Shown here piece by piece: positions 1-11,251 of a DNA stretch of 64,000 nt (its first letter is position 1; every line of letters begins with the position of its first letter). The position numbers and the translations under genes are program-made. Source of the stretch: Candidatus Latescibacterota bacterium (GTDB lineage: Bacteria > Latescibacterota > UBA2968 > GCA-2709665); assembly GCA_965219995.1 (NCBI GenBank), contig CBDCOX010000002.1:4640001-4704000 (forward strand), given 5' to 3'. The notes beneath the pieces are model-generated. The model did no database searches. It worked only from the letters and a program-made list of their open reading frames with translations, and was not told the DNA's origin.

Positions 1-545
1 ACGAGGGTGGAGGGGCGCGGATCGCCGGAAGGGCCGCCGTCCAGGATGAGATCGACGTCGCGGCCGAGGACTTCGGCGGCTTCCAGCGCGCTTCGAACGG
101 GAGGCAGGCCGGAGCGGTTGGCGCTGGTGCTGGTGATCGGTCCGCCCGCATGGCGAAGCAAGGCGCCGGCAAGCCGCGCGTCGGACGTGCGAAGCGCCAG
201 CGTGGACGTGGATCCGAGCAGGTGCTTCGGGAGGTCGGGCGACGCGGGGAACACGAGGGTGAGCGGCCCGGGCCAGAAGGCGTCGATCAGGACTTCGGCG
301 GCCCGTGGAACGTGAGCGACAAGCGCGTCCAGGTCCTGCCTGCCCCTGACGAGCAGGATCAGGCCTTTCTCCGCTTCCCTGCCCTTGAGGTTAAAGATAC
401 GTTCGAAAGCGGACCGGTCGAACGGGTCTGCGCCCAGGCCGTAGACGGTCTCCGTCGGGTAGACGACAACGCCGCCCGTCCGGATCCGGTCGGCAGTCTG
501 AATGATGCCCGGCTCGTCGGCCGTGAGGATGGGCGCCCGTCCCAT
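1..545 (-). CDS. tsaC: L-threonylcarbamoyladenylate synthase (Sua5/YrdC/TsaC family), runs off the window start
   Basis: Not in ORF track. Manual translation from ATG at 545 gives MGRAPILTADEPGIIQTADRIRTGGVVVYPTETVYGLGADP...IFNLKGR...FWPGPLTL...PITSTSANRSG, with the PTETVYGL, KGR, WPGPLT and STSAN motifs. Confidence 0.93.
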   Translation of the reverse strand, partial: MGRAPILTADEPGIIQTADRIRTGGVVVYPTETVYGLGADPFDRSAFERIFNLKGREAEKGLILLVRGRQDLDALVAHVPRAAEVLIDAFWPGPLTLVFPASPDLPKHLLGSTSTLALRTSDARLAGALLRHAGGPITSTSANRSGLPPVRSALEAAEVLGRDVDLILDGGPSGDPRPSTL

Positions 546-547
546 AG

Positions 548-3500
548 TTAAAACCGGCTTCCCGGCCGGAAACGGGTCGATGGAGGGGTTCGTTCGAAGG
601 CGTTGACGAAGGCGATGAAGTCTCCGAATCCGACCGTTCCGTTGCCGTCGAGATCAAAACGCATATCGGCGGTTCCGTAGGCCCGGGCGAAGAGGATGAA
701 GTCTGCAAAGTCAACCGCGCCGTCGCCGTTGAAGTCGGCCGCGCCGTCCGCAGGCGGGGGCGGTGGAGGCGGCGGTGGAGGGTCCGGCGGCGACTCGCGG
801 TGGTATTCCGGGGGGAATTCAACGGTGAGTTGCAGGATGCTGTTGTTGTTCGTGTCGGCAATGTAGACCCCGCCATCCGGATCGGTTGCGAGACCCGACG
901 GTGAATTCAGCGACGTTTCCGTACCGGGGCCATCGGCCCGATTGAATTCAGGCGTCCCCGTTCCCGCCACGGTCTGTATGATGCCCAGGTTCAGGTCCAG
1001 AACCCGTATGCGGTGGTTGCCGGTGTCCGCGATGTAAAGGTATCCATTGTTGTCCACGGCAACGTCTACGGGGCCGTTGAGGATCGCCGTGGCCCCCGGC
1101 CCGCCGTCGCCGGAATATCCGGCCTCTCCGGTTCCGGCCACCGTGGTGATGACGCCCTCGGTGTCCACCATCCGGATCCGATGGTTTTCGGTATCTGCTA
1201 TGAACAGGCGGCCGCCGCCGTCCGCCGCAACACCCTGGGGCGCGTTCAGCGCCGCCGCTGTGGCCTGGTCTCCGTCACCCGCGTATCCCGCCTCGAAGCT
1301 TCCCGCTACGGTGGAAATGATGCCGCCGGCGCCCACCTTGCGGACCCGGTGGTTGAAGCGCTCCGCAATCCAGACGTTACCCAGCGGGTCCGACGCGATG
1401 CCCACGGGGCCCGACAGGTTCGCGTCCACGGCCGCGCGTCCGTCGCCGCCGTAACCGGGAATATCCCTTCCTGCGAAGGCGACGATATTCTCGCTCGCCA
1501 GGTCAAACCGGCGGACGATATGGCCGCTCAGTTCGCCTATGATGAGATCACCTCCGGGGAGGAGCGCGAGGCCCCGGGGATCGCCGAGACTGGCCTCGAC
1601 GGCCGGTCCTCCGGTACCGATGGAAATCCCGATTCCGTCACCGGCGATCGTGTTGATCGTCCCGTCCGCGCCAACCCTTCGCACCCGGTTGTTGCCCGAA
1701 TCGGCAACGTAAAGGACGCCGGCCGCCGTGACCGAGACGCCTCGAGGGCCGTTCAGAAACGCCTGGACCGCAGGGCCGCCGTCACCTCCGAAACCGCCCT
1801 GGCTTCCGCCTGTACCTGCAAGCGTACGGATTGACGTATGGTCCGGTCCGATGGGCGGCAGGAGAGAAATCCTGACCTCTCCGGGCGGGAGGTTCCCGAA
1901 CCGCGCGGTTGCGGAAACATCGCCCGGCGTCGTCCCGGCCTGAAAGAGGACGGATGCGAGTCCGTCCCGCACCATCGCCGTATCGCCGCCCACGAAAGCG
2001 CCGTCGCCGGACGAGACGTTGAATACAAGGCGCCGGTTGTTGACGAGCGCGACTTCGTTCCTGGCGTCCAGGATCCGGGCGCGTAATCGGGTCTGCGCCT
2101 CGCCGTTGGCGGCCAGCAACGGTACAACGGCATCCAGCGCAACGCGTACCGGCGGAGGCGGCGCCGTTTCGGTCAGGTCCAGGACGGTGTTTGCCGGGAT
2201 GTTCCTGAGCCGCTGTGCGATACCCGACGGCCACCTGACGGTCAGGGTATCGACACGGTCTGCGTCGCCCAGTCCGAAGGCGGCGGTAAGGGCGTCCTGC
2301 GACAGGTACGAGGCGCCGCCCGTAATCTCGCGGATCGCGGACGTGCCGTCGAAGGCAATTTCCAGCCGCGTACCGATCGCGTCCGAACTGCTCCGGGTTG
2401 CCCGCGGACGAACGGCCAGCCAGTTTCCGTTGAATTCCTGGTTAAGGAAGAGACGGTCCGCGCCATCCTGCACGGCCAGGAAGATATCCAGCCCGCCGTC
2501 GCCGTCGAAGTCCGCCAGGGCCACGCCGCGGCTGTTGGCGCCCACGGCAACGCGGAAGGACTCCGCCACGTCGTTGAATGTGCCGCCATCGTTTCGGAAC
2601 AGGTTGTTTTTCTCGCCCGCGTTGGAGACGTAAAGATCCAGATCGCCGTCGTTATCGAAATCGCCCCACACGGCGCCCCTGCTGTCCACGGTATCCGGGC
2701 CCGCCACGTTGAAGCTGCTGCTGGCTTCCTCGAACTGTCCGCCGGTATTGACGTAGAGGCGGTTCCCTTCGCCGAAGTAGGTCACGTAAAGATCCATGTC
2801 CATGTCGTTGTCGAAGTCGCCCCAACTTGCGCCGAAACTGGGACCGCCCAGGCCCAGTTCCTCCAGTCCCGCATCGGACGCCGCATCCACAAAGGTACCG
2901 CCGTCGTTTCGGAAGAGTCGATTCGGTCCGCTGTTGGCAAGAAAGAGGTCCGCGTCTCCATCGCCGTCGTAATCCGCCCACGCCGGCTGCAGGCTGCTGT
3001 TGGCGTCTTCCAGACCGGTTGCTGCCGCGGATTCGACGAAGCGGCCGCCCTCGTTGCGATAGAAGCGGTTTTCTCCGAAGTTGGCCACGTAGAGGTCGGG
3101 GTCGCCATCTCCCTCCACGTCGGCCCACGCCGCGCCGTACCCGTCTCCGGCGTCATCCACGCCAACCTGTGCGGCGATTTCGGTGAACACGCTGCCGTCG
3201 TTGCGGTAGAGCCGGTTGGGTTGACCGAAGTTTGTGACGTAGAGGTCCAGGTCGCCGTCGCCATCGTGGTCCGCCCACGCCGCCGCGCTTCCGTCGCCTT
3301 CATCCGCCACGCCCGCCCTTCGGGCAAGCTCCGTAAAGCCGTCGCCGTCGTTCCGGTAAAGCAGATTGGCCTGCAGGCTGCGCACCACGTAGAGGTCGGG
3401 GTCGCCGTCTCCGTCGTAATCCGCCCAGGCGGCGCCGAAGCTGGCGCCCTGGTCCGACACGCCGCGGTCGCCAGCTACGTCGAGGAATCCGCCGGGCATG

Positions 3501-5278
3501 GATTCCCTTCCAAAGCCCTCGACGGGGATTGCCAGCTCCGGTTCGTTCGGATCGTTGCTGTACAGGATGAGTTCGGCCCTCTGCGTGCCCGTCCGTGCCG
3601 GGCGGAAAACGACCTCGAGGCTTTGTATTTGGCCCGACGGGATGCGCAGTGTGTCGCCCAGGCTGACGGAGAACTGTACAGCGTCCGTCAGTTCGGCGCG
3701 GAAGACGGTCAGTACGCCGGCGCCCAGGTTCGCGACGCGGAGGACGGATGGCTGCTCACGGCCGACGTACGTCCGGTCGAACACGATGCGTTCGGGAAAG
3801 GCACCGATGTCCGGCGCCGCGCCGGTACCGGAAAGAGGGACGATGAGGGTGGGACGCCATGGGTCGTCGGTATTGATGGTCAGCGTCCCCTGCACGGGGC
3901 CCTCGTCCGTCGGGCTGAACCCCAACTGGATTTCGACTTCTCCTGCAGGATCGATTTCGATCGGAAATGCGTCCAGTAAGACGAACTCTTCCCGGTCGGT
4001 GTTCGCGCCTGCCACCGTGAGGGTGCGTCGGCCCGCGTTTCCAATGGTGAGGGCGCGCGTCGCCTGATCTTCCACGACGACCGCGCCGAAATCGACACGG
4101 GTGGCGGTAAGACGGAGAACGGGCGATTGAAAGGCGGGGTCGAAGAGTTTGCGGATGCGGCTGTTGCCGGTATCCACGATAAGCAGGTTGCCGTCGGGGT
4201 CGAGGATCACACGGGAGGGCTCCCGGAGTTCGGCGAGCGGGGCGGGCCCACCGTCGCCGGCGGCTCCGAAATTGCCCGTGCCCGCCAGGGTGAAGAGTAT
4301 CCCGGTGCCGGGATCCACGGCGCGGACGCGGTTGTTGCCGGTATCCGAAATATATAGGGTCCCGTCTGCGCCGACGGCCACCCCGCCGGGCAAATCGAGA
4401 CGGGCGTCGGGGGCCGGCCCACCGTCGCCCGAGAAGGCGCCTCCGCCTCCGAAAACGGGCCCGCGGCCGGCCACGGTGGTGATGATGCCCGTTTCCGCGT
4501 CCACACGGCGAATTCGGTAGTTGTTGAAATCGGCGATGAAGATGTTCCCTGAGGCGTCCACCGCAATGTCTTCTACGGTCAGGCCGGCCTCGACCGCCAG
4601 CCCGTCGTCGCCGCCGAACGAGAAATCGCCGTCGCCCGCCAGGGTGGTGATCACGCCGCTGTCCAGATCGATTCTCCGGACCCGGTTGTTCCCTCGGGCC
4701 TGCCCGTCCAACCCGTCCGCGATATAGAGTCCGTCGCGGGGGCCCACGGCCAGCGCGACGATTTCCCCGAATACGGCGGCGGCGGCGGGCCCTCCGTCCC
4801 CGTTGAAACCGAACGTTCCGTTGCCGGCGATGGTAGTAATGGTCCCCGTGACGGCGTCGATACGCCGCACGCGCCGGTTGCCCGTATCGCCGATGTAAAT
4901 GTTGCCGGCCTCGTCAACCACGACACCCTGGGGTCTATCCAGTCGGGCCGCGACGGCGGGCCCCCCGTCTCCCGAAAACCCGGCTTCCCCGGTGCCGGCG
5001 ACGGTCGTGATGCGTCCCGTGACCGCATCCACCCTGCGGATGCGGTGGGTGCCCGTGTCCGCGACGTAGACGTGGCCGTCGGCGTCGGCGGCGGCGCCCA
5101 GGGGGAGGCTCAGGGCGAGATCGGTCGCGGGAATATTCTCGCCTTCCCGGTTGCCTCCGCCGGCAATGGTGATCAGGGTGCCCCGGTCCTGAGCGAACGA
5201 CTCGCCGGCCAGCGCAAAGAGGGCACTGAGGAGAAACAGAGTTTCGCGTGTTTTCCGAAGGAAGCGCATAGATTTCAT
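548..5278 (-). CDS. Large secreted multidomain protein: signal peptide, NHL-repeat propeller, two Ig-like (ASH/choice-of-anchor D-like) domains, FG-GAP repeats plus ASPIC/UnbV, invasin-like Ig, second NHL propeller, poly-Pro linker, dockerin/EF-hand-like C-terminus
   Basis: Repeated [14 protein letters not shown]...[18 protein letters not shown] units; repeated [15 protein letters not shown]...NRLYRNDG units; [19 protein letters not shown] (ASPIC/UnbV); PPPPPPPPP; [17 protein letters not shown]...[13 protein letters not shown]. Confidence 0.88.
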   Translation of the reverse strand: MKSMRFLRKTRETLFLLSALFALAGESFAQDRGTLITIAGGGNREGENIPATDLALSLPLGAAADADGHVYVADTGTHRIRRVDAVTGRITTVAGTGEAGFSGDGGPAVAARLDRPQGVVVDEAGNIYIGDTGNRRVRRIDAVTGTITTIAGNGTFGFNGDGGPAAAAVFGEIVALAVGPRDGLYIADGLDGQARGNNRVRRIDLDSGVITTLAGDGDFSFGGDDGLAVEAGLTVEDIAVDASGNIFIADFNNYRIRRVDAETGIITTVAGRGPVFGGGGAFSGDGGPAPDARLDLPGGVAVGADGTLYISDTGNNRVRAVDPGTGILFTLAGTGNFGAAGDGGPAPLAELREPSRVILDPDGNLLIVDTGNSRIRKLFDPAFQSPVLRLTATRVDFGAVVVEDQATRALTIGNAGRRTLTVAGANTDREEFVLLDAFPIEIDPAGEVEIQLGFSPTDEGPVQGTLTINTDDPWRPTLIVPLSGTGAAPDIGAFPERIVFDRTYVGREQPSVLRVANLGAGVLTVFRAELTDAVQFSVSLGDTLRIPSGQIQSLEVVFRPARTGTQRAELILYSNDPNEPELAIPVEGFGRESMPGGFLDVAGDRGVSDQGASFGAAWADYDGDGDPDLYVVRSLQANLLYRNDGDGFTELARRAGVADEGDGSAAAWADHDGDGDLDLYVTNFGQPNRLYRNDGSVFTEIAAQVGVDDAGDGYGAAWADVEGDGDPDLYVANFGENRFYRNEGGRFVESAAATGLEDANSSLQPAWADYDGDGDADLFLANSGPNRLFRNDGGTFVDAASDAGLEELGLGGPSFGASWGDFDNDMDMDLYVTYFGEGNRLYVNTGGQFEEASSSFNVAGPDTVDSRGAVWGDFDNDGDLDLYVSNAGEKNNLFRNDGGTFNDVAESFRVAVGANSRGVALADFDGDGGLDIFLAVQDGADRLFLNQEFNGNWLAVRPRATRSSSDAIGTRLEIAFDGTSAIREITGGASYLSQDALTAAFGLGDADRVDTLTVRWPSGIAQRLRNIPANTVLDLTETAPPPPVRVALDAVVPLLAANGEAQTRLRARILDARNEVALVNNRRLVFNVSSGDGAFVGGDTAMVRDGLASVLFQAGTTPGDVSATARFGNLPPGEVRISLLPPIGPDHTSIRTLAGTGGSQGGFGGDGGPAVQAFLNGPRGVSVTAAGVLYVADSGNNRVRRVGADGTINTIAGDGIGISIGTGGPAVEASLGDPRGLALLPGGDLIIGELSGHIVRRFDLASENIVAFAGRDIPGYGGDGRAAVDANLSGPVGIASDPLGNVWIAERFNHRVRKVGAGGIISTVAGSFEAGYAGDGDQATAAALNAPQGVAADGGGRLFIADTENHRIRMVDTEGVITTVAGTGEAGYSGDGGPGATAILNGPVDVAVDNNGYLYIADTGNHRIRVLDLNLGIIQTVAGTGTPEFNRADGPGTETSLNSPSGLATDPDGGVYIADTNNNSILQLTVEFPPEYHRESPPDPPPPPPPPPPADGAADFNGDGAVDFADFILFARAYGTADMRFDLDGNGTVGFGDFIAFVNAFERTPPSTRFRPGSRF

Positions 5279-5320
5279 CGGGACGATTACGTGTTGGGTT
5301 TCGCCCGGGAGACGACCGGT

Positions 5321-6322
5321 TCAACGCCCTTCGAAGAGGTCCCGACCCTTGACCAGGGCTTCGATCTTACGGTCGGCAACGCTGCGTTGGAGCATCCAGA
5401 AACCGCAATCGGGATGGACGCAGGCGATGCGTTCAGAACCGATCAGTCGGGCCGCGTCTTCGATGTCCGACGCAATTTCGTCAGGCGTCTCCACAACATT
5501 GCTCTTTATGTCGATCACACCGATCCCGATACGAACGGATTCGGGAACGTCTTTCAGACATTCGGCGTGTTCGATGCCCCAGCGTTTGAATTCGAGCACC
5601 AGATGGTCCGCCCTCAGTGCGGCGAGATATGGGATCAGCTCCTGCCATGTCCCGTGCTGAACGGTCTGGCCGCCGTAATTCCCGAAACAGACGTGTACGG
5701 CTTTTTCATTCGGAACGGCGTCGAGCACAATGTTCGCCGCCCTCGCGGCCCATGAGGCTTCTTCAGGGTGACCGGGAATATTGGCCTCGTCGATCTGTAT
5801 CACGTCCGCGTCGACGTCGGCAACCTGTCTGGCGAGGACTTCGCCCAGCGCCAGGGCCGCGGCTTCCGGGGTCCCATAACAACGATCCATGAGGACTTTG
5901 CTGAGCATGTGCGGCCCGGTGAGGGTGAACTTGATCGTGGACCGGGTCAGTGGCCGGACCGTCCGGAAGTCCGCGGGCAGATTGAGCGAACCCTCGTCCA
6001 GTTCGCGTTCGATCATGCCCGCGGGGTCCGCGCGGTAGGAGAGGCCGGCCTCCGCGCGAAATGCATTCAGGTCCTCACGCCCGAGTCGGGTCGTGATCCC
6101 TCCCAATCTTCGCGCGAAATAGTCAATCATGCCGTTGGTTTCGGGATGATTGACGTCGAACCGGCAGAGTTCGCCGTCTGCGACAACGTCGATTCCCGCG
6201 TCTTCCTGGGTCTTCAACACGACACGAATGGCATCGATCAGCGTCTGCCGGGAGGGAGAGGTCCGCAGCCAGTCCGGTACGGGATAGCTTCCAACGACGG
6301 AGGTGAGAATGCGGTGGGGCAT
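5321..6322 (-). CDS. Cobalamin-independent methionine synthase II family protein (single-barrel, MetE C-terminal-like)
   Basis: VVGSYPVP, DVVADGE, IQIDE, HVCFGN, LEF and PDCG Zn-ligand motifs; 333 aa. Confidence 0.85.
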   Translation of the reverse strand: MPHRILTSVVGSYPVPDWLRTSPSRQTLIDAIRVVLKTQEDAGIDVVADGELCRFDVNHPETNGMIDYFARRLGGITTRLGREDLNAFRAEAGLSYRADPAGMIERELDEGSLNLPADFRTVRPLTRSTIKFTLTGPHMLSKVLMDRCYGTPEAAALALGEVLARQVADVDADVIQIDEANIPGHPEEASWAARAANIVLDAVPNEKAVHVCFGNYGGQTVQHGTWQELIPYLAALRADHLVLEFKRWGIEHAECLKDVPESVRIGIGVIDIKSNVVETPDEIASDIEDAARLIGSERIACVHPDCGFWMLQRSVADRKIEALVKGRDLFEGR

Positions 6323-6370
6323 GGTTCAGGGTTTCATGGGGAATCCACGACAGATCACGCGCGTAAGGAT

Positions 6371-7570
6371 TCACTGTCGCCGGGTTGTCGGGGTTCTCAG
6401 TTCCTGGCGGATCGCCTCCAGCCTGCTGCGGTTTGCCGGATCGGGACTCCGGACCGCTTCGAGCAGGAACACGACCAGAATGCTCAGAAGCAGGCTCAGA
6501 CCGGCGGCCGTAACGACCATCAGCGCGCGCCGGGGCCGGCTCCGGAAATCGGGCGGCACGGCCGGGTCCAGAACCACGACCACGGATGTTTCCTTTTTCT
6601 CTTCGAAACTGCTTTTCTCGTATTCCTGCAGCACGAATTGATAGATGAGGTTACGGATCTCCATCTCCCGCATGTGACGCAGGGCCTGGAGGCCCAGGTC
6701 GGGAATCCGGTCCATCGGCAGCATGATGTCCGGCAGATCGCGTGCCGCGCGGACGCTGCTGTCGGGGCGCACCCCCCCCAGGATGCCGTCCAGCGCCTCT
6801 TTCGCGCCCTCGATTTCGATATCGAGTTGTCTGACTCTGCTGTTGTCGGGATTCATCTGAAGAGCGGCGATTTCGCGGCGGATGATCATTTCACCCAGCG
6901 TCGATGTGATCAGGGAGGAGTAGGCGTCGATCTGCGCCTTGGTCTGGCTCTCGACGTCGATGGCCGAATGTTCCTTCTGAAACGCATTGTAGGCCTGTTC
7001 CGCCTCGATCACGCTCCTTTCTGCCTGGGCGAGCCGTTTTTCCAGGTACCTGCGGAGGTCGCGCGCCTGCTGTTCGCGTCGGTGCCGCAGCGCAAGATCG
7101 AGTTCCTCGACAAAGGCATTGGCGATTTCGGCGGCCCGTTCCGGAGTTTCGGCCTCGTAGGATACGGTCAGGAACTGTTCCCGCGAAAGTTCCACTTCCA
7201 GCCTGTCGTCGACCATCTGGAGGAGTTCCTCGCGAGTATCGACCTGGTACGCTTCCTGTAGATTGAACCGGCGGATGATCGCTTCGGCCACCCGCTGGCT
7301 CTTGAGGACAGGTACGAATTCCGTAGCCGAAACCCCGCTTTCCCCCATGCCCAGCATACCTACCGGCAGTTTTTCGAGAATGGCGGAGATACCCAGCGTT
7401 CCCTGGCTCTCGCTGGGCGGAAAGAGGACGGCGCTCGTACGGTAGACCGGGGTCATGATCAGACTGACCCCCGCCGTCGCGACCGATACGGTGAGGCAGG
7501 TCACGAGTATCGTTCGTCGCCAGCGGACGAGGACGGCCAGATGGTCGAGGAAGTTCTTTTGGCGTTCCAT
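6371..7570 (-). CDS. Polysaccharide chain-length determinant (Wzz/GumC-like)
   Basis: N-terminal TM followed by PVYRTSAVLFPP, coiled-coil periplasmic region, VVLDPAVPPDFRSRPRR and C-terminal TM; probable start MERQKN at 7570 overlapping the upstream stop. Confidence 0.85.
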   Translation of the reverse strand: MERQKNFLDHLAVLVRWRRTILVTCLTVSVATAGVSLIMTPVYRTSAVLFPPSESQGTLGISAILEKLPVGMLGMGESGVSATEFVPVLKSQRVAEAIIRRFNLQEAYQVDTREELLQMVDDRLEVELSREQFLTVSYEAETPERAAEIANAFVEELDLALRHRREQQARDLRRYLEKRLAQAERSVIEAEQAYNAFQKEHSAIDVESQTKAQIDAYSSLITSTLGEMIIRREIAALQMNPDNSRVRQLDIEIEGAKEALDGILGGVRPDSSVRAARDLPDIMLPMDRIPDLGLQALRHMREMEIRNLIYQFVLQEYEKSSFEEKKETSVVVVLDPAVPPDFRSRPRRALMVVTAAGLSLLLSILVVFLLEAVRSPDPANRSRLEAIRQELRTPTTRRQ

Positions 7571-9249
7571 TAACGGCTGATGCTCCGTACCGCGATGACC
7601 AGTGCGGCCACCTGTGAAAGTACGACCAGGGTCTCGCGAAAGAGGCGCCAGCCGTGTACGGGTTTCCTGCCCATGACGAAAATCGTGTCTCCGGGATTGA
7701 CCTGTTGAATCCTGGAGGCTTTGGTCCAATTTCCGGTACTGCCCTGTATCACGTATATCTCGCCTTTCTCGGCCTGTTCATTCAACCCGCCGGCCCTGCT
7801 GATGTAGTCCTGAACGCCGAGATGCGGTTCGTAGGGAATTGCGCCGGGGGTGATGACGTATCCATTGACCGCAACCGAGGGGACCAGCCTCGGTATCCGG
7901 ACGATATCTCCGTCCCTGAGCAGAATGTTCTGGGAATCGTCCTTTTTCTCGAAAAGAGCGGCGAAGTCCACCGGCAGGCGCCCCGACATCTGCTGTTTCT
8001 GCATGGCCACATAGGTCCGCTGGGCGTCGGTCAGGCTGATGGGGCCAACGCTCTGCAATTGCTTCGGACCGGCGACGCCTTTCGGAAATTCGACGCGGCG
8101 GACCACGATGGATTGGGCGAGAGAGGCTTTGGACGTGAATCCGCCGGCCTTCCGGATCAGTTCTCTCAGTGTTATCCCCGAACCGATGAAATAGGACCCG
8201 GGGAAGTAGACTTCGCCCTCCACGGTGACCCGGCGCTCCTTTATAGCCACGTGGAGCTTGTCCCCGGCGCGCAGGGGCAGGTTGGCATCCGCGTCGCCGG
8301 CCAGCGCACGCGAGAGCCGGACGGCGTTCCGTTCTTCGCGCCCTTCCGCGAAGAACGTACGGAGCAGTTCGGCGCTGGCGGTGGCGGCATCGCCGTTCAA
8401 CCCCCCCGCGAGAGCAACCAGATCGGAAACGCGGTCCCCGGGGATGAATTCGTAGCTACCGGGCTTGTAGACCGCGCCTGCGACACGCACGGAGTCCACC
8501 AGCGCGGGCACGAAGATCTGGTCTCCATCCAGCAGGAAGGGATTGTGCGCGATATCGCCGGAAAGCCGCCACAGCGCGAGGTCCGCCCTGCGCTCCGTAT
8601 CCATCGGCCTGCCGTGTTCGGAGAGCCGCTGAATCCGGATGTTCCGGCGCGAAGCCCTGCCGTCCGGAGGTTTGAGCAGCCCGCCTGCCTGGCTGATGAG
8701 CTCGGAAACCTGTTCGGTTCCTTCGACCATGTACGTGCCGGGATGCACCACATGGCCGACGACGTTGACCGGAAAACTGCGCAGCCGCGCAAGAGAGATC
8801 TGGATATCGAGCTGGTTCAGGCGCTCGCTGACCGCGTCCCGGATCTTCCGCCGGCACGCGCCAAGGTCGAGTCCGGCCAGCTGGATGGCGCCCACGTACG
8901 GAATCACCAGTTTGCCTTCCGCGCCAACGAGAATGGGGAGCGTGACGGGTTCCTCGCCGGCCTCGATATGGATGCTGAAGGTATCGCCGGGACCGACGAT
9001 GTAGCGCTCGGAACGAATGATCGCGTCGTAAGCGATCTTTCCGATCCATTTCACGTCCAGACCTTGCATCTCGTCAGACTGAAGCGATGCGCCGATCGAT
9101 TTGCGGTCTGACCTTCGCCGTCCCACGTCCCGTCCCGGGCGTGATTGCGCGAATACGATGACGGGTTCGGAGATCAGCCACACGACAAGCGCGACCGCAA
9201 CCAGACGAAAGGCGAGAGACGGACTGCGATAGGAGAAAAACCCGGTCAT
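7570..9249 (-). CDS. Polysaccharide export protein with multiple SLBB domains (Wza/KpsD-like)
   Basis: YIVGPGD Poly_export motif, then four V.V.G.V..PG.Y / AGG / L.DGD SLBB repeats. Confidence 0.87.
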   Translation of the reverse strand: MTGFFSYRSPSLAFRLVAVALVVWLISEPVIVFAQSRPGRDVGRRRSDRKSIGASLQSDEMQGLDVKWIGKIAYDAIIRSERYIVGPGDTFSIHIEAGEEPVTLPILVGAEGKLVIPYVGAIQLAGLDLGACRRKIRDAVSERLNQLDIQISLARLRSFPVNVVGHVVHPGTYMVEGTEQVSELISQAGGLLKPPDGRASRRNIRIQRLSEHGRPMDTERRADLALWRLSGDIAHNPFLLDGDQIFVPALVDSVRVAGAVYKPGSYEFIPGDRVSDLVALAGGLNGDAATASAELLRTFFAEGREERNAVRLSRALAGDADANLPLRAGDKLHVAIKERRVTVEGEVYFPGSYFIGSGITLRELIRKAGGFTSKASLAQSIVVRRVEFPKGVAGPKQLQSVGPISLTDAQRTYVAMQKQQMSGRLPVDFAALFEKKDDSQNILLRDGDIVRIPRLVPSVAVNGYVITPGAIPYEPHLGVQDYISRAGGLNEQAEKGEIYVIQGSTGNWTKASRIQQVNPGDTIFVMGRKPVHGWRLFRETLVVLSQVAALVIAVRSISR

Positions 9250-10148
9250 TCCGTGGTAGTCCCGTCTTTATCGACATAAAGGACGGCAGTGTCGACCTCC
9301 ATGTTCTGTCGCGACCAGGCTTCTTTCATGGCTGTCGCAATTTTCGGAGCGTCGTCTGTCGCAAACGCCAGCAACGTGGGGCCGGCGCCGCTGAGGCATG
9401 CGCCCATGGCTCCCGCTTCCGCGGCTGCCTCGAGTACTTCCTCAATTCCCGGCACGAGTGAAGCCCGGTAGGGCTGATGGAGGCGGTCGCGCATTGCGGT
9501 TTTTAAGGCATGAAGTTCCCCGCTCATCAGCGCCGCCGTCACCAGGCACGCGCGGCCCACGTTGAAGACCGCGTCCCGGTGCGGCACCTGTTCCGGCAGG
9601 GCCGCTCGCGCAGCTTCCGTTTCGAGTTCGAATCGGGGAACCGCAACCACCGCGCGAAGTTCCCGGGGCGGCAGGGACCGGATCGTTTCGACCCGACCGT
9701 TTTCATGGGAACAGACGACCAGACCGCCCAGGAGGCACGGGGCGACGTTGTCGGGATGGCCTTCCAGTTCCGTGGCGAGGTCGAGAAGGGCGGGTTCGGA
9801 AAAGGGTTCTCCCATCAGCAGATTGGCCGTATAAACTCCGGCTACGATCGCGGTGGAACTGCTGCCCAGGCCTCGGGAGAGCGGAATACCGTTTTGCATC
9901 TCCACTTCCAGGCGCGGCAGGGACCGGCCTGCGCGCTGTGCGGCCACGTCGACCGACCGGAAGAAGAGGTTGGATTCGTCCACGGGGAGCTTCCCGGCGC
10001 CTTCCCCGGTGATGCGCATCCTGCGATGCCCGTCACCGGCCACCGTCCGGACCGCAACCCGGTTGTAGACGGTCAGCGCAAGGCCGAGGGCGTCGAAGCC
10101 GGGCCCCAGGTTGGACGTGGAGCCGGGCGTTCTCAGGCGTATTTCCAT
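9246..10148 (-). CDS. thrB: Homoserine kinase
   Basis: SNLGPGFDALGLAL, IPLSRGLGSSS, EGHPDNVAP, DRLHQPYR, LSGAGPT. Confidence 0.96.
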   Translation of the reverse strand: MEIRLRTPGSTSNLGPGFDALGLALTVYNRVAVRTVAGDGHRRMRITGEGAGKLPVDESNLFFRSVDVAAQRAGRSLPRLEVEMQNGIPLSRGLGSSSTAIVAGVYTANLLMGEPFSEPALLDLATELEGHPDNVAPCLLGGLVVCSHENGRVETIRSLPPRELRAVVAVPRFELETEAARAALPEQVPHRDAVFNVGRACLVTAALMSGELHALKTAMRDRLHQPYRASLVPGIEEVLEAAAEAGAMGACLSGAGPTLLAFATDDAPKIATAMKEAWSRQNMEVDTAVLYVDKDGTTTE

Positions 10149-11251
10149 TCCATCTCTCTGACCAGTTCCGCACAGACGAGATCCGCCAGCAGAAGTCCCC
10201 GGCGGGTGAGGCGGACCCTGCCCTCTCTCCGTTCCAGGAGATGATCGGGAATCAGGGCGATCGATCTGCCCGCCGTGTCCAGTAGCGACTCGGGAATGCC
10301 ACTGGTTCGGCGGAGGCCAAGCATCACCTGTTCCAGGCGCCTGTCGCGGGAGGAAATAACCTCCTCCCCTTCAACGGCGGCGCCCGAGGATTCCACACTC
10401 CCTATATACGCCATGAGGGGGCGGATGTTCCAGGTCCGGCGGTCGTTGAAGAAAGAATGGGCCGAAAGCCCGATGCCAAGGTACGCGCGTCTTTCCCAGC
10501 AGGCGATATTGTGGCGGCATGCAAACCCGGGTTTCGCGAAGTTCGAGACTTCGTACTGAACGAAACCGGCCTCGCACAGCTTCTCCTGCGCGGTCTCGTA
10601 CATCTCGGCCTGAACATCCTCGTGAGGCAGCGGCAGGCGGTCTTCTTTCATTTTGCGACCAAATGCCGTGCCGGGTTCGATGGTAAGCCCGTACACGGAG
10701 ACGTGCTCGGGCCCAAGGTCGATGGCTCGATCCAGGGTCTGTCCCCAGGCGTGAGCCGTCTGTCGCGGCGCGGAGAACATCAGGTCGATATTGATATTTC
10801 CGAAGCCGGCCCGGCGTGCGGCGCCGGCGGCCGCTGCGGCGTCGGCAACGGTATGATGCCTGCCCAGGGCCCGGAGCGTTGGGTTGTCCAGGGCCTGTAC
10901 GCCCAGGCTGAGCCGGTTGACGCCCATGGCCGCCATTTCCGGAAACCGCGAATGGTCCTCCGGGTTGGCTTCAGCGGTAATCTCCGCTGCCGGCGCGATG
11001 TGCGACAGTGAGCCGGCAGCGTCAAGGATCCTGCGCAACGACTGCGGCGACACTTCGGAAGGCGTGCCGCCGCCGAAATAGACCGTATCGAAGACCGTAC
11101 GTCCGCCCATCCCGGGTAGACGCGCCCGAACCTCGCGGATGACCGCGTCCGTATATCGTTCCGCCAGGTGCGTCTTGCCCACGTAAAAGGCGAAATCGCA
11201 ATAAGGACACCGGGACTTGCAGAACGGAACGTGGATATAGAGACCGGACAT
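10133..11251 (-). CDS. hemW: Radical SAM heme chaperone HemW (HemN-like)
   Basis: LYIHVPFCKSRCPYCDF, YFGGGTPS, YEVSNFA..G..CRHN; adjacent to lepB/lepA; start taken at MSGLYIH. Confidence 0.9.
   Translation of the reverse strand: MSGLYIHVPFCKSRCPYCDFAFYVGKTHLAERYTDAVIREVRARLPGMGGRTVFDTVYFGGGTPSEVSPQSLRRILDAAGSLSHIAPAAEITAEANPEDHSRFPEMAAMGVNRLSLGVQALDNPTLRALGRHHTVADAAAAAGAARRAGFGNINIDLMFSAPRQTAHAWGQTLDRAIDLGPEHVSVYGLTIEPGTAFGRKMKEDRLPLPHEDVQAEMYETAQEKLCEAGFVQYEVSNFAKPGFACRHNIACWERRAYLGIGLSAHSFFNDRRTWNIRPLMAYIGSVESSGAAVEGEEVISSRDRRLEQVMLGLRRTSGIPESLLDTAGRSIALIPDHLLERREGRVRLTRRGLLLADLVCAELVREMEWKYA

Noticed and set aside
755-790. GGCGGCGGTGGA-type low-complexity repeat
   Set aside because: Encodes the poly-proline linker of the NHL protein
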